DNA of 64,000 nt from Octopus vulgaris (Eukaryota). Made by a program: the position numbers and the translations under genes. Positions 55,508 through 64,000 of this stretch are shown here, piece by piece (positions within the stretch are counted from its first letter, which is position 1; each line of letters starts with the position of its first letter). Location: NCBI GenBank assembly GCA_951406725.2, contig OX597817.1, positions 6,014,001 through 6,078,000 of the forward strand, given 5' to 3'. The notes below the pieces were generated by a model. It searched no databases, was not told the origin of the DNA, and saw only the letters and a list, made by a program, of their open reading frames with translations.

Positions 55508-56088
55508 AGGTTGCTTAGTAGTTCACACGCCTACATACGCATTAAATATATATATATATATATATACATTTATAGTATAGAAATATACAAATACATACAT
55601 ATAGGTATGTATATATATATATATATATATTATATTGAGGGTACTAAAATTCTTAGTAGTAATGCATTGCGAATAAGCCCACCATTTTCATAGATATGTA
55701 AAGATAAACATTCGTACATGCTACGACGAATTCTACGGTTGGCTATCGAGCTTGTAATGTTATGTTTTTCTCTTATATTTCTTGAGTTTGTTGCACTGAT
55801 GAACATGAAATGCATATTCTGCATTAAATGCGAAATCACATGTGATATGTAACTGAATTCTTTTTTAAAATGATGTGTTTTGAAGTTTTGCATTCGGTAA
55901 AATTTTGTTTATTTTTAGTAGTTTTGACCGCATTGGTCCCTCTTAGCGTGTTGGTATCTACGAATAGTAGTACCCTCAATATAATATAAATGAATATTTT
56001 CAAAGAGGAAGAATTTACGAATTTTTCTCTTACGAGGTTTTTCACGCTGACCACTGATAATTTCTTTTAAAGATGTTATCCTCAATTG

Positions 56089-56144
<56 letters not shown>

Positions 56145-56186
56145 TTACATTTATAGTATAGAAATATACAAATACATATATATAGG

Positions 56187-56240
<54 letters not shown>

Positions 56241-56243
<3 letters not shown>

Positions 56244-56789
56244 TAAATAATTAGGGTTTAGCAAAGATCTGCTTTACCACATACCGAAGTTTAGAAATAG
56301 CAGCCAAAAAAAACGTTAGCTATTTCTTCTACTTTAAAAAGGGACTCCCAGAAAAACCAAAATACTTGAAAACAATCCACATAGGCAGAGAGGAAGATGT
56401 AAAAAAAAAAAATCAATATCTGATCACCTATGGACGCGCGTTTCGGAATTAGGTTGGAATGAAGAATATAAAATTATACTTTACCAACCGTTTTCCCCTT
56501 CAGCATAGGACCCCATCAACAATTAAATATTGAAATAATAAATTCGAAGGTACTGGAATAATTGAACATATCTCTCCACCTAATGGTATCAGACAATTAA
56601 TATTCAGTGTTAGTACCGCCGAATTCAAAACATGAATGAGGTTCAAATACCCTCCCCTGCCCGTCCTCGTGTGTCTACAAGTGTGTCTACTTTTTAAAAT
56701 AGAAGAAATAGCTAACGTTTTTTGGCTGCTATTTCTAAACTTCGGTATGTGGTAAAGCAAATCTTTGCTAAACCCTAATTATTTAGTAT
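56241..56789. mobile_element. Foldback element next to (TA)n with ~100-bp inverted arms, enclosing a hammerhead; probably PLE-derived
   Basis: 56241-56340 is the reverse complement of 56690-56789. Confidence 0.7.
56427..56509 (-). ncRNA. Type I hammerhead ribozyme (A9G core variant)
   Basis: Minus strand: stem I cctatg/catagg; core CUGAAGG; stem II ggaa..ggttgg/ccaacc..ttcc; GAAA; palindromic stem III cgcgcg; GUC cleavage triplet. Confidence 0.75.
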
Positions 56790-56895
56790 TACTTAAGTTT
56801 ACCATGAAATAGTCCTTTTTTCATGCCGAATTATACTTGGTGAAATTATTGATTACTTCTTAATTAATTAATTCTACCCTTTGTTATTATATGTA

Positions 56896-56937
<42 letters not shown>

Positions 56938-57029
56938 CAGCCCATCGTATAGACACACACACGCATACACATGTGCATATATATATGTATGTATGTATAT
57001 ATCCATATGTTTGTTGCCGTGTTTCTACC

Positions 57030-57215
57030 CCAATAACCTCTTGACAACTGGTGTTGGTGTGTTTGCCTCCCTGCAACTTAGTTGTTCAGCCTAAGAGTCT
57101 GATTGAATAAGTACTGCTTAAAAAATTTCATGAAATCAATTTGCTCGACCAAAACTCTTCAAGGCGGTGCTCCAGTATGGTTGCAGTGAAATGACTGAAA
57201 CAAGTAAAAGAATAA
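57030..57215 (+). mobile_element. 3' half of a SINE of the 11728 family
   Basis: Contains cttgacaactggtgttggtgtgttt...aaggcggtgctccagtatgg...gaaacaagtaaaagaataaaag. Confidence 0.75.
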
Positions 57216-58710
57216 AAGAACAAAAAATATATACATATGTGTATATATATACATATGTGTATATACACGCGCACATACATACACACATACATGGTTGGCC
57301 AGAAGTCACCCAACAATAAATCAAAATTCCATAAATACTATCCGTAATTCTGTATTGGCTCGAATGGAAAAATGTGTCGCTCAAGTAGGACTTCTGTTTA
57401 AACAAATTTCATGATGTCTCATATTTAGATGCTTTTCTTAAATTCATTCAGTTGTTAATCATTAATAAGTATTGAAATTAAATGATTCTGATTTATCGTC
57501 AGGTAATATTTGGCTAACCCTATATTCGTTTAATTTGCCCAGTAGCTTAATGCTTTTAGCTTAAGTCCCTGGTCCAACCAGTTTCGAGCAGTATCGGGGA
57601 TAAGAGGGCGAAACTACGCGGACATTCCGGACTCCGACTGAAGAGGTAATTGGCTGAGAATGATCCGTATATCTTGTTTTGTCTTGTTTCCGTTCTCCTA
57701 CTATGGTCCTTTTTTCCGAATGTTCTGTTTTGACGGTTTCTTTCTATTTGCTGTGTGTTTTTTCTGTTCTACCTTTAATATATATATATATATATATAAC
57801 ACTACATACATAGTGTGTGCGTGTCTGAGTGTGTGTGTATGTACACTCGGGGCGTCGTCAACCTTGTTGTTTACGAAATTCACATACAGTATCATATATG
57901 ACTTTGCGCGCCGAAGTCTATTTACTTTACTTTGTCTGTTTGGTAAATAGGATATGTCAACAGACATCATTGACATTTATATCTTTTTCGTCTGTCTATA
58001 TCTGCACACGTGGATGCATGTGTACGTGTGGGCGCTGGGTTCTGTGGTAAATGACATCTTAATCGTGTGGTGCCGTTATCTGGCTTACTCTTATATTTCA
58101 CTACCATAGAACCACAGTTGGAGTCTGCATTTACTTTTCTAGATGGAAGATAAAAGATATTCCCTGAGAGAGCTAAAAACCTTTAAAGAACTATTATAAA
58201 GTATATTTTGAGACATATAATCTGAACATGACACTAATTTATTATATTGTTCTTTTTGTTTTTCCTACTGTTTTTCCAATTTATCCCTTCATCCAGACGA
58301 GTTAATGCAAACCAGAGATTGTTCTGTTGCATTTGCTTGTAATATTATAAGTGTGACCAAGTGAAAAAAACAACAAAAAAACACGCCCGTTTCGATATAA
58401 ATTATTATAAATTATTGGTATTCATATTGGCATTCGTATTGATATTAATATATCTCCTATAAATTATTGATATTGATATATCTACTGCAAATAACATCTA
58501 CTTTTGATTCTGGGGTGTCGAATTTCGATTTGAGGCAAAGATACATTAAGATTTAATAGTTTCAAATGCTTTCTCAATATTTTTTATTCTTTTATTCTTT
58601 TACTTGTTTCAGACATTTGACTGCAACCATGCTCATGAGATAGATTTCCGATGAAGTAATTGCAAATTAATGTAATAGTAGGACTTGCTTACTCCATTCT
58701 CTTTCGTATA

Positions 58711-58758
<48 letters not shown>

Positions 58759-59059
58759 TTTATTTTAAGCAGCAGAAAATTCAACAAAATCTGTTACTCT
58801 GAGTTTCTCGTTGCCGTTCATCAGACAGTTTTTGCTAGAATGGAACTGATATATCAATTCAATATATACTCTTACAAACGCTACACCTTTAAAAAGAAAT
58901 GGACTTGTTTGATTGGCCCTTTAGAAAAAACGGTCAATCTTCGAGCGATAAACAAAAAGGTCAAAGATATATGTATATATATATAAAAAACTTATAAAAA
59001 TTATATATAAAAAACTTATAAAAATTATAAAATCCGAGGAAAAAACCATTGTAATACTA

Positions 59060-59290
59060 GGCGAACTGGCAGAAACGTTAGCACGCCGGGCGAAATGCGT
59101 AGCCGTGTTTCATCTGCAGTTACGTTCTGGGTTCAAATTCCGCCGAAGTCGACTTTGCCTTTCATCCTTTCGGGGTCGATAAATTAAGTACCAGTTCACT
59201 GGGGTCGATGTAATCGACTTAATCCGTTTGGCTGTGTCCTTGTTTGTCCTCTCTGTGTTTAGCCCCTTGTGGGTAGTAAAGAAATATATA
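59060..59290 (+). mobile_element. Young SINE with 10-bp TSD
   Basis: TSD tgtaatacta at 59050-59059 and 59291-59300. B-box-like gggttcaaattcc. Confidence 0.9.
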
Positions 59291-60540
59291 TGTAATACTA
59301 TCCCATGATAACTCTTGCCTAGTTAGCATGACTTCATCCTATTTTGGTGATTACACTATTTTACTATCTATGATGTTCTACCCTACTGATCATATTATAT
59401 ATACTTATAGTGATTTTATGTAGTAAGTCTCATTTCGACTAAATTATATACCCCCTAGAAACTATAAAATCATACACACAATAGCAACTGTAACATTAAA
59501 ACGTATAAAATCGCATCGGTTTGAATACCTTTAACTGCCCTCACTACGTCCATACCTGTTAACCCCTGTTTTCGAGTTATCTTTCTTCACTACCTCAGCG
59601 TTTAATCCCATGTCTCTTTAAATGCAGCTGATATGTATTTCTTATCATTTTCTATAAATTCTTGTTATTTTGTTTTCTTATTTTGATACCCTTACCCATT
59701 AACCTTTTATCCCTTATAAATTTGTATTTTTCTTGTTCTTAAATAGATATTTTCAGTTACTGAAATCTATGCGAGATTGTTACATTATATCCATATAAAC
59801 GTATGAATATTTGTGTATGTGTATATGTGCATGAGTGCGCATATATAAATACGTGTGTATCTATACACATCTTTATTTTTCTGATTAATGGTTTAAAATT
59901 AATATATAGATGGCATGCTTATCTTACCACTTATTCCATGAATAAATGCCCTGAGTAGTCTTTATAAAAAACACCTAATAAGTAATTAATTAAGTACATG
60001 AATGATTATTAAACTGATTCTATGTAATCTTTCTTTTTTAATGTTTATAATTGATATATACACGCATTTTACCTATTTTGGTTATGAAATTTTGAAAATC
60101 TTAAATTTTATTCTTTATACAACATAATAATATTGTTTATAAACAATCACCCATAGAGCCCCAAAATACAATTTCCTCTGTAATAATATCTTAGGTTTCG
60201 TAGCCTCTTGCCCCTTTAACTGGTAATTAACTTCTTGATTTAAAGTCATCCCGAGTCCGCATCTTTTTATAGACAGTTACTTTATATCCAATTGACTACA
60301 CCAAATGTCTTCTCTCCTTCCCGAGGAAAAGGGGTACATATGACAATATTTATGGCCATACCTAGCCAGGAGCTGTCAACTCACTTTTGTCCTTTATTCA
60401 TAATAGACAGTCTTATAGTCTTAGATTTAGTAGTTGATAAAAAGGTAAATGAATTAGAAATGAATTACAATACTTTACATTACTATACCCCAATAGGTTT
60501 CATACGATTGTTGGAAGTGTAGTCTATTCTTAGCTACAAT

Positions 60541-61541
60541 CTCTCGCACCTGCGTGCGAAGACCAAAATCAGAAACGTCCTGATCAAGGAGATGCTATTT
60601 GCTGATGATGCCGCTCTGGTATCACACACAGAAGAAGCCCTCCAAAGGCTCATTAACTGTTTTGAGCAAGCATGTAACGACTTTGACTTAGCTATCAGCC
60701 TTAAGAAAACCAACATCATAGGTCAGGCTACATCAGACATCCCAAACATACATATTGGAGACCACAGATTACAAGAGGTGGAGAAGTTTACCTATCTTGG
60801 CTCTACCGTCACCTACAACCTATCCCTTGACGCTGAGCTCAATATACGCATTGGCAAGCCAGCTGCTGCGATGGCCCAACTCTCCAAACGGGCTTGGGAC
60901 AACAATAAGCTGACCAAGATCACGAAAATGAAGATCTACCAGGCATGTGTACTTAGCACTCTACCGTATGCAAGTGAGACTTGGACGCTATACACACGCC
61001 AAGAGCGTCGCCTAAACATCTTTCACCTGCGCTGCCTCCGGAAAATTCTTCGCATCAAATGGCAGAATCATATCCCCAACAAAGATGTCCTCAGGCAAGC
61101 AGGAATACCAAGCATGTTTGCACTCCTCACACAAAGACGTATGAGATGGCTTGGGCATGTTAGCCGTATGAAAGATGGCAGAATCCCCAAGGACATACTC
61201 TACGGAGAGCTTGCTAGGGGTACTAGGTCTGTGGGTAGACCGATCTTACGTTACAAGGATGTTTGTAAAAGGGACATGAAGGCCTGCAACATCAATATTA
61301 GCAGTTGGGAGGCAGTTGCCGGCAACCGTGGAGACTGGCGACGTACCGTAAAAGAGGGAATACAAAGGAGTGACAGAGAGAGAGAGAGGAGAAATGGAAA
61401 GACAAGAAAATACGTCAACAAGAAACTATGGCATTACATCCAGCCAGGAACAGTCTTCGCTACATTTGCGGTACCTGCCAGAGGGAGTGTTTGTCCAGGA
61501 TAGGACTACACAGCCACAGCAGGAAATGTATCAGGACATGA
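60541..61541 (+). pseudogene. RTE reverse transcriptase, C-terminal half
   Basis: LRAKTKIRNVLIKEMLFADD...FTYLGS...RWLGHVSRM..GRIPKDILYGEL (ORF 60592-61503). After a frameshift in an (AG)n run near 61375-61391 it continues YICGTCQRECLSRIGLHSHSRKC*. Confidence 0.93.
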
Positions 61542-61617
61542 AATGTAAAAGCCGGACTAGACTACTTTATGCGCAACTCCATTGTCTCCCGAGACAAAAA
61601 GGATGCCAACAACAACA
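60541..61617 (+). mobile_element. 5'-truncated RTE-clade LINE with 20-bp TSD and (CAA)n tail
   Basis: TSD agtctattcttagctacaat at 60521-60540 and 61618-61637. The element ends gccaacaacaaca. Confidence 0.95.
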
Positions 61618-61938
61618 AGTCTATTCTTAGCTACAATAGCGACAACATGACTTTCTTCCATCTTCTTGCTCCTTTAAAATATTTGAGAAAAATTATATCA
61701 ATATGTCCAACTAGTTAAAAATATATTTCTTTATTTGTTCATCTGAAGATGGCACAACATTTAAATTGATGTAATGATTGAATTATTCAGTTAAATGGAG
61801 CCGCTTGGAACGGCGATACTGTGTCACTACTTGATATCCTGTTGCTCATTTTGATTTTATCCCTCTTACTTCGAGCCATGCGGATAATACCGGACTGAGT
61901 TGGTGTTTCAACCGAAGTGCCTAATTCAAGTGAATTTG

Positions 61939-61992
<54 letters not shown>

Positions 61993-62116
61993 CTGTCTAT
62001 ATATAGATGGACGGATGTGCGTATCTATGTAGGCAAAAATGCAAGCGTGCATGCATGTGTGTATGCATACATACATATATATATACACACACACATACAC
62101 ACACATACATACACAC

Positions 62117-62184
<68 letters not shown>

Positions 62185-62460
62185 ATACATACAGGGAGTA
62201 CTGAAGATATCCTGGCTTTAGGATGTCACGAAAGACCTAGTTGAAGGATCACTCCAATAAGAGTGTGAATCTGAAAGGGAAATATGTTGCATAAAATCAT
62301 AATTAACTAATTGTCTTGTATTTGCATTTACCGAAGGTCAAGAATTTTCCTCACCCACCCCGTACATGTATGTATGTATGTATGTATGTATCTAGTCATG
62401 CATGTATACATGTATGTATGGATGCATGTCTCTTAAATTTTTTAATTATTATAAATCTTC

Positions 62461-63700
62461 CACTGAGGAGGGAGCCGGTTTCCAGCAAAGACACAAGCTC
62501 CCATCTTTGAGATGTAGTTAAGAGAGAACAATTCACATTTGAAACTTGACAAATGTCTTGCATATTTTTAATGTTCCACTCACAGAATGGACTTGTACGA
62601 ATTAGCCGGACAGTTTCTTTTACTGATAAGCCCAGTTGATCCAGATTCTCCTGTAAGCACTTACTAACAATACCTAGTGCTCCAATTATTATTAGTATGA
62701 ATATGGATTGATAGTCTGGATATAGAAGCTGGGGGTTTCGAAGCAGTTGTCCATAGATATCCTCTTTTTCTTTGATTTTCATACAGATATTTATATCTTC
62801 TGGGCAGCTAATCTCTATGATGGTACATACCTTTGTCCCTCTGTCCCAAACAACAATATCCGGTCTGTCATGCTTACATTTTCCAACAGTATTCCTTGAG
62901 TTGGTGTTTATGAATGTATTCCATAACAGGGATTTTCTAAGTTTATTTCAAGACAGTCTTTCTTGCAGATGGCATCGTAAATTGTTTCAGTAACAACATC
63001 GTGCCGCATAGGGAAATAGTGCTTTACGCGACGTTTTAGGGCAGCTGCTAATCGCATACGTAATGTCTTCCACAGAACATGACATAGCCTACACATGCGG
63101 TTGCTCCTTGGGATTACATGGGCGTCACTGTCTCTCTTGTTCACCAGTTATTTTGTTCCTGGATTGCAATCGCATAGCCTTCAAAGTGTGATGTGATATA
63201 GTGGTCTATAGAGAGGCTGCACTTTGTGTCAATTCTGCTATCTTCTTCATGCTTCCGGGCAGCATACACATGCATGGTCTGTTTTTGTATGCTGAGTGCT
63301 TTCCATCCAGGTCTTCTCTGAGCTAACAGAGGCCAGCTGTTTTGAGGTTGTATAACTCATCAGGAAGAAAGTGTTTCTTGAGGAAATGTTGCTCACTTCA
63401 CTTTTCAGCACTGCATTGATGTATTTATTTTTATTGCTGTTGTTTAGTAGGTGCTGCCTGAGTGATATCAAACATTATTCGAAAGCTATCTGCACTTCTT
63501 AGGTAGAACTTGTAAACATCACTGTTTCTGTGGAAGTTCCCGGTTGTCAGAATTTTGCGGGCTTTGATATCTATGGAGTGGATTTCCTCTACAAACCAAT
63601 GAAGTATCCCAAATGTTGGGAGCAGCATTGGTACTGTAAATGTATTGTGGGATATTATTTTGTTATGCATGTTTTTTCAGTTCAGATATGCGTTTAGGTT
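62461..63700 (-). pseudogene. Degraded R4/Dong-like non-LTR retrotransposon (post-RT region, CCHC finger, REL endonuclease)
   Basis: Minus-strand fragments NKIISHNTFTVPMLLPTFGILHW; CRLCH..EDITYAISSCP..MRHDVV; HDRPDIVVWD..IEISCPED..KEKEDIY..IIIGALG. Confidence 0.85.
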
Positions 63701-64000
63701 TTATTTCGTCAGGTTCCACGGTTGGTTTCAAAGTTGTAAAAAATTCAGCTTTTGTTTTTGTATTTTGCACAAGCATGCACTCCTTAAATTTTAAAGAAAT
63801 CTTGCAATTATTTTCTTGTTATTGATGCAAACTTTTGTACGTGTAATATTTTGTATAAAAGTATGGGGTAACATATTTGTTTAGACAGTGGAAGTGGTGT
63901 CATAATAAAAAAAAAATGTTTTCATTTAGTTACTATATATCTTCATTTACATGCAGATATCAAGAAAGCAACTGAGAACAGAACAACTTGTTTCGTGATT

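Noticed and set aside
59050-59300. gtaatacta, the reverse complement of the circovirus nonanucleotide TAGTATTAC, present twice (also in the 50.4 and 52.5 kb copies)
   Set aside because: It is the SINE target-site duplication, has no flanking stem-loop, and lies far from the Rep cassettes.

Overview
AT-rich, repeat-dense animal DNA with no recognisable host gene. The tRNA-derived SINE families, RTE/Tx1/R4-Dong LINE relics and (TA)n-embedded foldback elements suggest a coleoid cephalopod (octopus-like); this is inference from recall, not a search. The centre (~25224-53620) is a ~28 kb satellite of a 13/14-bp unit (aaacattttcatc) with a 100-N gap at 36751-36850. Its well-resolved left part (~25.2-36.7 kb) is a ~4.0-4.7 kb higher-order repeat. 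That repeat carries five copies of a short cassette encoding what looks like the N-terminus of a CRESS-DNA (circovirus/nanovirus-like) rolling-circle Rep: MPHHPRYTRFCFTLNNYDDVDVYRLQHMQHILYMVFQK, with RCR motif I FTLNN. It also carries six copies of a second unique cassette, a second A-tract satellite and three fold-back inversions. Outside the array, several inverted-repeat elements carry minimal type I hammerhead ribozyme folds, the best at 56427-56509. The stretch 49735-52770 is a satellite-interleaved copy of 58247-62330 and is probably an assembly artefact.
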